Shown here piece by piece: positions 1 through 11,459 of a DNA stretch of 64,000 nt (the first letter of the stretch is position 1; every line of letters starts with the position of its first letter). A model generated the notes under the pieces. The model did no database searches and was not told where the DNA came from. It saw only the letters and a program-made list of their open reading frames with translations. The stretch is from NCBI GenBank assembly GCA_051047955.1, contig JBPGPT010000009.1, positions 62,001 through 126,000 on the forward strand, in the 5' to 3' direction. Both the position numbers and the translations under genes were made by a program. Source of the DNA: Cystobasidiomycetes sp. EMM_F5. Lineage: Eukaryota.

Positions 1-509
1 CATATTACGCATTGTCGCCTGCAACTGTGGTAATTTAATCAACTGATTCGACAGCTTCATTATCTCTGTCGACTTCTGTAGGTTGCCCGTGATCTTGAGG
101 ACGGCTATCATGTTTCGGATCCGAAACACGGAGCACATCGCATTTCGCGTAGGAAGGGTATCGCAAAAGAATGAGATATTACAACAGTGCAGATGTATAA
201 GTTGAGGGACCCACACAGCTGATGCGTCAACTGCATATTGATGCTGTTGAGCCTGGCCTTTGACGTCGCCAAGCGATCCTTCTGCTTGTTACTCCGGACA
301 ACCTCGACAGCCAGCATCTTTGCATTCTTGATGTCTCCCTTGTTGGCCAGCTGCTTGACGCTCAGTTTCGTCGTCCGCTGCGCCGTCTCGATACCGCGCA
401 TTTCGCGGTCGAGCAGCCGCGACTCCTTCTTGATCTGCTGCTGCCATTGCTTCACTCGCTCCTCCGGTGACGGTCCATAGATGAACTTTTGGATGCTGGC
501 AAAGGCCAT
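1..509 (-). CDS. VPS24: ESCRT-III subunit Vps24/CHMP3 (5' part; continues off the window start)
   Basis: MAFASIQKFIYGPSPEERVKQWQQQIKKESRLLDREMR...KNAKMLAVEVVRSNKQKDRLATSKARLNSINMQL; after an intron (~105-216) it reads AVLKITGNLQKSTEIMKLSNQLIKLPQLQATMRNM. Typical Snf7-family Vps24. Confidence 0.93.
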
Positions 510-688
510 TACTGTTGATTGACGTGTCGCATGCAAGTGGTCAGGTTTGGTCAAAGGCTGACGTTTGCCACAGTCAGAGACGCAGTGACTGTTTATCGTT
601 CATAATGGATGTGACTGTGTTACTTTCGCTGAATACAACGTGATGTACAGACATGTTGTGGCAACGACATAGTGTATGGATCCCTTCT

Positions 689-2007
689 CTACTTGACCCG
701 CGTCAGAACCTCCTGGACTAATTGCTGAATGTCGTTGTTTGACCGACACCGGGTGACAATATCTTCAATGTTGATATTCGAGTCAAGCAGCTGTAGTAGG
801 TTGCTGGTCAGCCTTTGTCGCTCCTTGGAATGATCGAGCTCACGCTGGCCCCCTTGAATCTGCCTTGCCCCGCTTGTGTATGTATGGCAAGCGTTGCAGA
901 CCGGCCACCATCTAGATCGTAGACTATCTTCAGTCCACCGTCTGGGTCTGTATGAACACCTTTGATGCCGAGCAGAGAAGAGAGTAAGGCAGTCCGTGCG
1001 ACAAGTCTGGTGAAAGCCGATACAGGTCGGTCAGTTCGCAGGGGACAACTTGGCACAATATACGTACTGTCGGCAGTTCTCCTCGATACGCTTATCCTTG
1101 TTGCGAACTGCACCTCGAGCTTCCGCCTCGAGCTTCTCCATCCTCGCTCGTTCAGCAGCCAGCTTCTCCACCTCCTTTTGGGCAGTCATGCAGGCAGCAT
1201 TCTGTTTCGCTCGTTGTGATTTGGCTTGCTCCAACTGTTCTCCTAGACTTTGCAAGTCGATGATCTGGGGCAAAGCTACCTTAGCCTAGCTGTTGTCTCT
1301 AAGACCTTTGCTTTGACAAACCTGCTGATCCAACGTTTCGTTGCACTCTTCGATTGTCATGCGTTGATCCTCAGGACGCGAGTTTCGCAACATAGCTAAT
1401 TCGAGCTCCATATCTTGAATACTCCTGGTCAATTCACGTGCTTCGTCCAGGGCCGGCGAGAGGTGCTTGTTTAGGTCTGGCGAATGTGGAATCAGACGAT
1501 GCACTTTGATTCTGGGGGGAGTCGCAGCATCTCCTGACCGTTATCCAAGCGCCTAGAGACTTCTGCCATCTCGCGTCTAGCCTCCTCTGCCTGCAGCTTC
1601 TTCTGTTTCAGAGAGGCTTTGGCGGCCGTTCTTTCCACCTCTGCTCTTTCACAGTCTGCTTGCGTGACCGGCGCCTGGCCATCTTCTGTCAAGCCTAGCA
1701 CTCGCTCTAGATAGCTGCGTTTGATATTGCTCTCCAACCACATGTACTTGATCTGCGTCAAATGGCGAGTATATGCGTCGAGGTCGCTGTTCAACGTAGC
1801 AGGGTCGACTGCGTACGAAGTACCATCACTCAAATTTGTGTACGATGTCATACTTTCGGTCGTTGACCGCGCCAGCGCGGTTGCATCACCACCATCCGCC
1901 CCCGCTTCGGCTCGAGCCAGTAAGTCATTTCGCAGCTGGGACGCGTGAAGGGCTTGATTTGTGAAGCGATGTATGAGCGCATTGGTCGACTCCACAAGCG
2001 TCGTCAT
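689..2007 (-). CDS. Sos7/Kre28/Zwint-like outer kinetochore protein (5 exons)
   Basis: DLDAYTRHLTQIKYMWLESNIKRSYLERVL followed by VTQADCERAEVERTAAKASLKQKK resembles the Sos7 signature. Long coiled coil, then a C-terminal beta-rich segment ending ...VQEVLTRVK* (TAG 689-691). Four GT-AG introns join ORFs 1492-2082, 1286-1504, 1031-1273 and 808-1113. Confidence 0.62.
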
Positions 2008-2191
2008 CTCATGAATTGGACGAAGAAGGGCTGCGAACTGAGCGTAAACAACTGCTCTCGACCCCTGATCGGCGTGCGTCAACGCGACTCTGTCTCTAAG
2101 GTCAAAGAGGTGTTGTGCAGATGGTCTTATCTTTACGCGGAAACATGACTTGCGCAGACTGCATGTTCACGGGCACAACAATTCTTCCACT

Positions 2192-3024
2192 TCAGTACAT
2201 CCCCGGAATGATTCTGTACGGGGTCTGCTTTCGATACGCCATATACTTTTCGCCTAATGCGTGAAGAATATCAGCCTCTTCGAACATGATTTTGGGTATG
2301 AAGCTAAGGACAAGGCCGGTTCCTTGAAGTGCGCCAACCCAATTCCACAGCGCGAGCGTGATACCCAGCGTCACTGGCAAGGCTAGCTGCGTATATTGGG
2401 TCACGGTGTCGCAGAATAGCATAGGGTCTGGTATGGCGTCAGATATGACTGAATCGACTTTAGCAAGGTGCGGACGGACGCATCCTTGACTGCATAGCCT
2501 GTGCTTCTCCCGTATCTCCATGCCACCCTGGTTTAGACATGTCATTTGCATGTAGTGCTTTCAAATATGTAGACAGTACTGACATAGCTTCCATGATGAC
2601 AGATGGTCCACATTGACCAGGTATACCAAAAGTACGATGCCCATACCAGCAACAAGCCGATCCAACGCAATCCGTACGTCAAGTACGGCAGACTCGTAGA
2701 CGGCAGCCGTATATGCTGAAGCCAAGTCACACCGCGGAAGTCATTGACCGGTAATCCAAGTATGTAGGAGAGACTTCCACCCAGAGCAAAAAGAGTATTC
2801 AACGCCTGCAGCGCGATATACGTCAAGCTGGGTCTAAGCGTGGGCCCAGATACTCTGTCTGCTTTCGCAAGTCCTGTTCGAGCTAGTATAGCGACTACAG
2901 ATTTGATAAAGCAATGGACATCAGGATTAGGTGCCTCTATAAACTTGCAATCATGGCGTTTGGCACCTGTAAGTAGCAGGAAAACCTGCGATGTCCACAC
3001 GCCAATGCCAAAGAAGCAGGCCAT
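2192..3024 (-). pseudogene. Isoprenylcysteine carboxyl methyltransferase/PEMT-like membrane protein, apparently disrupted
   Basis: Multi-TM N-terminus, then EIREKHRLCSQG|PYAILRH(RD)PIY and C-terminal EEADILHALGEKYMAYRKQTPYRIIPGMY, typical of ICMT/PEMT families. The second intron starts ATGCGT instead of GT, and the RHPIY segment is out of frame with the C-terminus. Confidence 0.6.
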
Positions 3025-3050
3025 GAGCGAAGGAAGGGGAGAACGGTAGA

Positions 3051-3070
3051 GTGAAGTGAAGTGAAGTGAG
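3051..3070. repeat. (GTGAA)n pentanucleotide microsatellite in the divergent intergenic region
   Basis: gtgaa gtgaa gtgaa gtgag. Confidence 0.7.
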
Positions 3071-3267
3071 CGTTGTGAGGCAAGCAGGGCAGAACCGAAG
3101 GCAGTGGCCGCAGAGATGTTTTGCAGCAGAATCTTTCTTTCACTTTGGCATCACGGACATTACTGGTCCCACGACCTCCGTGCTGATTAGAGCTAATAGT
3201 AGGCTCGAGTGCTGCAGCTGGCGACTTCACATTCTCTGCATGCTGAACCGAGTGGACAAAAGCCTGG

Positions 3268-5520
3268 ATGGGAAAGAAGGCAAACGCAGCCAAATCAGCG
3301 TCGAAAGCTGAAGCGAAAGCGACCAAAAAAGCAAAGCTAGCAGCTAAGGCTGAGCGCAAAGAAGTAAAGCAGGCTGGAGGGAGCGGCAAGAAGGGCAAAG
3401 GCAAGGCGAAAGACGATGTGGTCGACGAGGATGACCTCATTAAAACGCTTGAGGAATATCGCCAGAAATGGGCAGACGAGCACAAAACTACCGAAGAGGT
3501 AGCCGATATTCCATCGAGACGTGCAAATGCTGTTCTGGTCGCTTGTCCAGTGTCGACATCGCTTTATTTGCTGGGAGGCGAATATTTTGACGGCACGACG
3601 TGCACATTCTACCCGGAGTTATATAAGTACAACACCGAGAAAAATGAATGGAGAAGGCTCTCTTCGCCTACCCAGCCATCGCCCAGGTCAGCGCATCAGA
3701 TGGTTGCCTCGCCATCAGGCGGCGGTCGTTTGTACGTGAGCGCTCAACTGACCGTAGGAGGGTTCAAGCTAGTTGACGATAGTCTCACCTAGGTGGGTGT
3801 TCGGAGGAGAGTACAGCGCTCCTAATCAGACTGCTTTCCATCACTACCGAGATTTGTGGTCATTCAACATTGAGAGCCGAGAATGGGAACGGTTCGATAC
3901 GAAGCTCCGGCCATCAGCACGGAGTGGTCATAGAATGTGTCTGTGGAAGCATTACCTCGTCTTGTTCGCCGGTTTCCATGATACAGGTGAGCAACTTCCT
4001 CTTTACGCGTTCAGCATGCTGCTTATACAGTATACGAACCGCATACAGGCCGGAAGACGACATACTTATCAGACCTATGGCTTTGGGATACGCAAGAATA
4101 CCGCTGGCATGAAGTGATCATGCGAGATGTTGATCGCCGTCCTTCTGCCAGAAGCGGCTTCTCCTTTCTGTCCTGCCCGGAAGGAATCGTACTGCATGGA
4201 GGGTATTGCAAGGAATATCAGGGCAAACAGGTCAAGGGTGTTGCGTTAGACGACACCTGGCTGCTAAAGATGGATACCGATCCCACGAAGATCAAGTGGG
4301 AAAAGCGCAAGAAAATTGGGTACGCTCCAAGCGTACGCAGCGGAGTGCAAATGGCGATGTGGCAGGCGCGTGGTATCGGAGTCATGTTCGGTGGGGTAAT
4401 CGACACCTACGACGATGAAGATGCTCTCACTAGCTCCTTTTTCAACGATCTTTTCGGTTATCAAACAACCGGCACTGGCCGATGGATCTCAATGAATCTG
4501 AAGAAGCCGAAGAAGAAGGTGTCGAAGAAAGTCAGACGCACAGTCCAGCAGCCGTCTTCAGAGCTGGAAATTGGAGGCAACGAGCAAGGTGATGACAACG
4601 AGGTGGAAGCACTAAAAAATGGCGACAACTCGGAACACCATCCAGACGATTCTTCGGCTGCCGATTTTCCAGTCGAAGACGACAATGATCCCAACGACCC
4701 GCAAAAGACGGTACCTATCGCGCGATATAATGCAATGTTGGCCGTGCAGCGCAATACATTATACGTATACGGGGGCATTGTCGAATCACAAAACCGCGAA
4801 TTCACTCTAGATGACTTTTACAGTCTCGCCCTTGACAAGCTGGATCATTATCAATGCCTCAAGGAATGTAACATCGCTGAGCTGGAGTGGAAGGAGTCTG
4901 ACAGCGAGGACGATTCAGGCAGTGATACCGGCAGCGACAGCTCCAGCGACACCGACGAAGTTGGCGAATCGATTGGTCAAGGACCTGACGGAATCGTAGA
5001 TGGAGAGGAGGACGAGATTGCTGAGGCCGTACCAGTCCGAGATCCTGATCTTCGGGCGCAGGCTATTAGATTCACAGGAGTTGCCAAGAACGCGACCATG
5101 TCGGCAGAAGAATTGTTGTCAACGCCATTGCCTGGGGAAACTGTCAAGACTTTCTATGATCGTACACGTAAGTTATACGTAGTACTTTCTTAAGACCTTC
5201 GCTTATTGCGGATTATTTTGGTCAAACAGGCGACTACTGGACTGCGAAAGCTCATTCTACGTCCGATAATCGCGGGAAAGAGTTGCGCAGAGACGGCTTC
5301 TCCTTGGCTTCGGAACGATATGGTGAATTGCTTGTGTATATATCACGAATTGTGCGGTCCTCAACTGAAGTCTCGGGTACTTTCTGCAGAGGTCTACAAG
5401 CCGATCTTGGAGGAAATTGAGCGCATTCAGGCAGAAGCTGGGCTGGACGATGACGATGTAGTATCCGCACAGAGAGTCAAAGCAAGCGGGACGGGGGCTG
5501 ACAGCAGACATCGCCGTTGA
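3268..5520 (+). CDS. KEL3: Kelch-repeat protein Kel3/KLHDC4 with C-terminal DUF4110-type domain
   Basis: Lys-rich N-terminus (MGKKANAAK), kelch repeats (LYLLGGEYFDG, WVFGGEY, PSARSGHRM, VLHGGYCK), acidic stretch, TPLPGETVKTFYDRT...GKELRRDGFSLA; four canonical introns. Confidence 0.9.
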
Positions 5521-5769
5521 TTCTCGATGGACGGTCTTGAGCAGAATTTCTGTTCAGACCGATACCTGCTTTTGCGATAAATATCTGCACGTTGTTATGT
5601 ATTTTGTGAAGTGCGGAGAAATTGTGGGGCCCTCTTGCGCCAGAGTGCAAAGTACGTTTGAGCGCGCACTGGCAGTACTGCAAGAGATCCTCGTCGGCTT
5701 GCGAGGGCGTTGGACACGGTCAGACTTTATCGGTGAAGCTCAGTGACTCGCCGACCAGAGAGCATCAGA

Positions 5770-7117
5770 ATGGCCGAAGCGTCTAGCCAATCTGCGCAGC
5801 GACCGACAAAGTATGAAGAGCACTATGACCCTGTCAAGGTACTGAAGCACCCTGACTTCAAGGTGCTCGATGAAGCGGATGCGCCAACCGACAAGTCGGC
5901 AAACATCTCATGCGCGTACAATCCAGCTCATGAGATACATCTGATTCGAAAGCCAATGCCAGAGCCTGGCGAAGGCGAGGTCATTCTTCATGTCCGGGCT
6001 ACTGGTATCTGCGGATCCGATGTTCATTTCTATAAACATGGTCGCATTGGCGAAACCATGATTGTCACGGATGAATGCGGGGCAGGACACGAATCTGCAG
6101 GCGAAGTGATAGCTATCGGAAAGGGCGTAATCAAGGTGGTCGTCGGAGACCGCGTCGCTATTGAAGCCGGCGTTCCATGCGGGTCATGTGAATTCTGCTT
6201 GCAAGGCCGCTACAATGCATGCCCAAGTGTCGTTTTCTTCTCCACTCCTCCATATCATGGAACTCTGTCACGCTTCCACGCACACCCGCAGGAATGGCTC
6301 CACAAACTGCCTGATAACATGAGTTACGAAGAAGGCTCGCTTTGCGAACCATTAGCAGTCGCGCTGGCGGGTATTGAACGGGCAGGTTTGAGACTCGGTG
6401 ACCGTACTCTAATATGGTGAGGGCTCCAACACCTCCTAACTCGAGCGCATCTAATAATACTATGTTACAAAGTGGAGCTGGCCCAATCGGTCTGGTGTCG
6501 CTACTAGCTGCGCATGCCGCAGGAGCAGCACCAATCGTCATTACCGACATGTTTCAATCCAGGCTCGACTTTGCTAAGAAGCTCATACCCCGAGTGCATA
6601 CGGTGCTGGTCCAAAAAAATGATTCTCCGAAGCAGCTTGCGAAGAAGATCGAGGCTGCAGCAGGCGGTAAATTACAGATAACACTCGAATGTACAGGAGT
6701 AGAAAGCTCCATCAGTTCCGCAATCTACGTACGTAGCGATGTTTGGCCGCTTCTATCACTGACGGAATGTCCTGTTCATATGGCAGGCCACCAGGTTTGG
6801 CGGAAAAGTTTTCGTTATCGGTGTCGGAAAAACGGAGATGCAGGTAAGTTTTCGTCCTGTGATGCTGACATTCTCTGCTCATAACGATGTGACTCGCGCA
6901 GATTCCATTCGGTCATCTTTCCGCGTTCGAGATCGACTTGCAGTTCCAATATCGCTACGCCAATCAGTACCCAAAAGCTATCCGCCTAGTCTCGGAAGGC
7001 CTGATCAATCTAAAACCGCTTGTCACGCATCGCTTCCCGCTCGAGAAGGCTGTGGACGCCTTCCATGTCGCGGCTGACCCTTCTCAGGGCTCTATCAAGG
7101 TTCAAATACAGGATTAG
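5770..7117 (+). CDS. Zn-dependent L-arabinitol 4-dehydrogenase / sorbitol (xylitol) dehydrogenase, MDR family
   Basis: [16 protein letters not shown], structural Zn [21 protein letters not shown], spliced CGAGPIG Rossmann motif; C-terminus [15 protein letters not shown]...KVQIQD*. Confidence 0.9.
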
Positions 7118-7542
7118 GTGCAGTGGGGCGAGAGCAGGTTTGGCGTAACCATGAACTCAAACATCGTTCCATCAAAGTGATACTCTTGAGAATACATGAG
7201 GTCGCAAGCAGTCTACATTCATAATAAGGCGCATCTTGCGGAATATTGCGCAATATGAACACTAGGGACTGTCAGGCTAATGACTTGCCCGATGACGATG
7301 GGCAAGTTTGACGGAGGCTGCTCGCGGACAAAGGCTGACGAGCGGACTGAGGCTGTCTTACTCGACATTGATGCGAACGTGTGCCGATGGCGCAACAGGA
7401 TGCGTGCGGACTTTGCGAACGTGCTCCAGGTGCTCTTCTCCGCATTGCGGAAATTGAGTCGTGTTATGCTTGTCACTTCTTGGCATTTGCGACGCATTAT
7501 CCAATTGTCCATATGCTCGAAGTTGCTGTAGAGTCTCAGGGC

Positions 7543-7610
7543 TTAACCATCGCTTAACCATCCTGCGATGGTCAAGCGATGGTTGCGCAGGATGGTTAAT
7601 TCATGGTTAA
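7543..7610. repeat. Nested inverted/direct repeat cluster built from AACCAT/ATGGTT units and bounded by TTAA
   Basis: 7545-7562 pairs with 7567-7584 (17/18 bp, 4-nt loop); 7554-7567 pairs with 7586-7599 (14/14 bp); 7543-7550 pairs with 7603-7610 (8/8 bp). Confidence 0.9.
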
Positions 7611-7623
7611 TTCTGCTATCTTG

Positions 7624-8346
7624 TTATAAACCGTTCGCATCCATCCAATCTTTTACTCGCCTTTGAACGGGTTTTAGCGTGCGCACCGGCAAGGTGAAGA
7701 GCACTCACTCGAAACCATCATCGCTGAAAGCGTCATCGTGTGAAGATACTAGCAGTGTTGCGTCCTCGCTATAATTTTGTCGTAAGCGGTGTTTTTCGAG
7801 ATTATCGGCTTTCGCACGGCTTGTCAGCAGAGCGATGGGAAAGAAGGGTTCGTAGTCAAACTCCTTGACTCCGTGTAGCTTCAAAACAGGCTGTTCTTTT
7901 GCAGCCTGAGCTATGTTTACCGGAGGGTCAACGAGGAGCAGTGCGCTAAGCGGATGGGAGGAAACGTAGGCCTGAGCGAGGATTGTTCCATATCCGTAAG
8001 CCGCGAGCAAAGGTGGAAATGGAGAAGGCGACTGCCGCAACTGTGTTGCGATTTCTACGAATGATTTACGCGTCGTGTCAGGGCAGGCTCGGACTTTTGT
8101 ACGTGGAGACAGCCGCTGACCTTGTTCGAACGCTTCCAACGACGGCGAGGCGACATCCACATCCAACGACATGCACGAATATCCTAAACTATTGAGTCTA
8201 GCGATCCATGGCGTCCAGCGAAAGGCGTCCTCGCCAGACCACTTTTTCGAGCTCAGCAGTGCGATTGGAAGCGCCAATTCCCGAGTGCCAGTCGACCTGG
8301 AGTGCCGCAAATTCGAGAGGAGTCTTCTCTGAGCCACACGCTGCAT
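7624..8346 (-). CDS. Alpha/beta-hydrolase-fold-like protein with Arg-rich, mitochondrial-presequence-like N-terminus
   Basis: MQRVAQRRLLSNLRHSRS...LNSLGYSCMSLDVD...PFPPLLAAYGYGTILAQAYVSSHPLSALLLVDPP; last exon after intron ~7661-7708 reads RVKDWMDANGL*. Confidence 0.6.
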
Positions 8347-8739
8347 GTCTGATCTGAGCAAGTGTTGCTAGTCTTGGAGGCGGAATCGTACAACGGCGGC
8401 TTATCATGACGCAGAATCCACCTTCCACCTTACGGGATTATTCAACCTGCGTAATTGCTGGCTAATACCTGAGTATTCTCCGCACAGTGACATTAACTTG
8501 CAGGACCTCATGTCCCCACTCTCCGAAGGCACCGGTCAAAGCGCTCAACGCTCGACGTGTGCTTGACCAGCTCAGTCAGACCGTGAAGTTGCGGCATCGC
8601 GGCATCCGTAGAAACGGTATGACAGAGGTCGCCGCCCACTCAAGGTCTCCTTCGTCTGTCTCGTTTCAGCGTTGGCTTCATCCCATCACTTCCACTTCTG
8701 GACGTCTCATCAAGCCCCAGTTTACTTGACCTGCCAAAC

Positions 8740-9462
8740 ATGACTCAGCTCCCCAAAGCAGTCCTCGCTCGAATCGCCCTTGTACAGCCGCTATCGATGG
8801 AGAACGTTCTCACGAGACTTTGGTCGTGGGATGCCGAAATTCGTTGCTTATTGGCAGACCTCGGCCTTACCAACACATTGACACTGCAGGAAAAGATTCC
8901 TAATTATCTCCTCCCGGCCGGTTCCAGTCATCCATCAGATGCGCCGCGCAATAGCTTGGCCCATAAGTTCAGGATTGCTATCGGCTCCGAGTTGCCTTAT
9001 TACGGTACCAACAGGAATCGTGACAATATCGCAAAACAGATTCTTCTCGCATGCATTGACGGGTCCATTAAGTCAAAGTATCCTTCTCATACAGTGCAGG
9101 CAGATAGAGCACGCAACGTCTTCTACGCAACAAATAGCGTTTGGCTTGGGGAACGCATCGAATTACTTGTAAAGATGTCGTCTGATGCACAGGACGTCTA
9201 CTGTGCACAGGAAGCTCGCGAGGCTGCGGATCTCTTGGCGCGCGCCCACTGCGATACGACTTCAACTTCCTGGCAGAATGCCGATGAGCTAGTCATACGT
9301 ACTATCATGAAGAATCTTTCCGCGCGTCCTGCTAACATGTCCGCGGAGGATTGGAAACGCTACACCGAAAGTGGAGCTCGCCTGTGTATGGCCAAGCGAT
9401 ACGACATCGTCAAGCCTGTTTATGCATTCTTCATGACCCACAACGTCGATGCATTTGTGTGA
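8740..9462 (+). CDS. Unknown lineage-specific protein, copy 1 (F-box-like N-terminus, C-terminally truncated)
   Basis: 240-aa intronless ORF clearly paralogous to 10235-11128 (shared LARIALV, LLADLGLTNTLT, HKFRI, GSELPYYGT, ILLACID, EARE.ADLLA). Confidence 0.8.
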   Translation: MTQLPKAVLARIALVQPLSMENVLTRLWSWDAEIRCLLADLGLTNTLTLQEKIPNYLLPAGSSHPSDAPRNSLAHKFRIAIGSELPYYGTNRNRDNIAKQILLACIDGSIKSKYPSHTVQADRARNVFYATNSVWLGERIELLVKMSSDAQDVYCAQEAREAADLLARAHCDTTSTSWQNADELVIRTIMKNLSARPANMSAEDWKRYTESGARLCMAKRYDIVKPVYAFFMTHNVDAFV

Positions 9463-10234
9463 AGCCTTACATGGTTCCCACGCTGGTACAAACACGGTGG
9501 ATGGGCAACCTATGGCAGCGATCTCTTAGGCGTCTACTATCAGTATACGCATAACCCTCCGAATATCGAAGCAATCTCTGCAGTAAACCGCTGAAAAGCC
9601 TGCGGAACGGAGAGAATGACCACGCGGGTCATGGAAATGTACTGAAGATTCAGCCAACATATTGATTTTGCTATTATTGCTGTACCACAGTCGTGCGTTT
9701 GCATCAAGGAGACAGCCGCCAACCTTACTCGAATGCTCCCAATGATGGCGAGGCGTTGTTCAGGCACATGACGGATATTCTGGATTTTTGAGCTAATAAT
9801 CCTGGCGGATGCCTTTTCAGACCAATGCGTCGAGCTTAATTGTGGAAATGGCGACGCTGAATCATGACTAATAGTCGACCTGAAGTGCCGCAAGGGTGGT
9901 GAGGAGTCTTCTTTAAACGATGCACAATACATTCAACGTACGAGCGAATATTTGACGTGGTAAAGCGACGACGCAGCAATTGCCAATTTAACGTACTTCA
10001 ACACACTTCACAACAAGCTCAAGAAAGCGGCGAGCAGGCACATGCATCTGACAGGTTGTACCGACTGCACAATGACGTTGAGGGCAGCGACATATGTCCC
10101 AACGGTAAGACTGTATAAACGCATCGCCCAGGTCTCATCCAATATCATGATGGTCGTCCCTTATCCTCTCGCCTTCACATTTACATTCACAGTCACACTC
10201 ACACTTCGCCTCCTCCATCAGACGCCTGTCCACG

Positions 10235-11128
10235 ATGGCTCCCTACTCGCAATTACCAGAAAGTGTGCTCGCTCGCATCGCCCTTGTCACCCCACTCTCC
10301 ATCGACAACGTTCGTGCACAGTATTGGTCTTGGATCGTCGATATGCGTCGCTTACTGGCGGATCTCGGCCTGACCAATACCCTGACACAGCAGGAAAATA
10401 TTCCTGATTTCCTGCTTCCCACCGGTTCTCATCATCTCGATGACCTTCCGCGCAAAAGCTTGGTCCACAAATTCAGGATTTCTGTTGGCTCCGAGTTGCC
10501 TTATTACGGCACCCGGAAGGATCGTGACAACATTGCAATACAGATTCTGCTAGCATGCATAGATGATTCTATCAAGTCAAGATATCATTCGCACGTAGTG
10601 GAGGTGGACAGAGCACGCAAGGTGTATTACGCAACGAGCAGCGTTTGGCTCGATAAGCGAGTCGAGGCGCTCGCAGCCATGACACCTGATGCACAGAACG
10701 ACTATCTGGCACGAGAGGCTCGTGAGACTGCAGATCTACTGGCACATGTCCGTTGTGACACAACTTCACCTACTTGGCAGGGTGCCAATAACCTCCTCAT
10801 ACGATCTTCCTTGAGAGAGTTTATGAACAATTTTTCAACCTGCCCTGCCAGCTTGTCAGTGGATAGCTGGCAGAGATTGATAGAGAGCGGAGTTCGCCTC
10901 GATATAGCCAAGAACTACGACCTCATCGAGCCTGTCTTTGCACTCTGTTCCAAGCCGGACATGGCCCCAATGCTGCGACAAGCCCAAAGAATGGTCGATG
11001 ATATGACTGCACCTTCTCATCTATCTCAAACCGAGCGCCAGCGGCCATATGTGGAGCTCAATCAGTCCTTGCAGCAGACTATGAAAGAATTACAGGACAT
11101 CGCTAAAGAGCTGCAGCGCAGACATTGA
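10235..11128 (+). CDS. Unknown lineage-specific protein, copy 2 (F-box-like N-terminus, helical C-terminal tail)
   Basis: 297-aa intronless ORF MAPYSQLPESVLARIALVTPLSIDNV...; TATAAA at ~10113 upstream; paralogue of 8740-9462. Confidence 0.82.
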   Translation: MAPYSQLPESVLARIALVTPLSIDNVRAQYWSWIVDMRRLLADLGLTNTLTQQENIPDFLLPTGSHHLDDLPRKSLVHKFRISVGSELPYYGTRKDRDNIAIQILLACIDDSIKSRYHSHVVEVDRARKVYYATSSVWLDKRVEALAAMTPDAQNDYLAREARETADLLAHVRCDTTSPTWQGANNLLIRSSLREFMNNFSTCPASLSVDSWQRLIESGVRLDIAKNYDLIEPVFALCSKPDMAPMLRQAQRMVDDMTAPSHLSQTERQRPYVELNQSLQQTMKELQDIAKELQRRH

Positions 11129-11459
11129 TCATGTTGTCTTATAGGAACCGGATAAATTTGAAAGATGTTATACGACCTTCTGAGACCGGCTCATGGCGGC
11201 ATAGAGCACCTAGATGTGTCGTATAATAATGAATCATCTTTCATGTGACAGTACCCGCTGTGCTATAAGCATCTTCAGTCGCAACACACCATTGACACGG
11301 TGATGCGGTCAAGCCGCAGCGCGCCAAGTTTGACGGTATGAGCCTCGACGCAATGTACTCACAATCGCTGTACTACCGTATCGTTCGTGTCTTTAGTGCG
11401 ATTGTGGAGGTGGACGGCCTTGAATCAACACAGGAGCTCTCTCTTGACCGGTCAGCAGA

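Noticed and set aside
2428..2483. Possible U12-type (AT-AC) intron
   Set aside because: The donor is ATGCGT rather than ATATCCTT, the acceptor is AG and there is no TCCTTAAC branch. A mutated GT donor explains it better.
3051..3070. GTGAA repeats as a CRISPR-like array
   Set aside because: Simple microsatellite with no spacers, in a eukaryotic context.
7219..7561. Short ORFs (97, 83 and 67 aa) between LAD and the palindrome
   Set aside because: No recognisable motif or splice pattern and no transposase-like residues; left unannotated.
9540..9932. 130-aa minus-strand ORF between the F-box-like paralogues (possible partner gene)
   Set aside because: No counterpart beside the other copies and no recognisable composition; cannot be supported.
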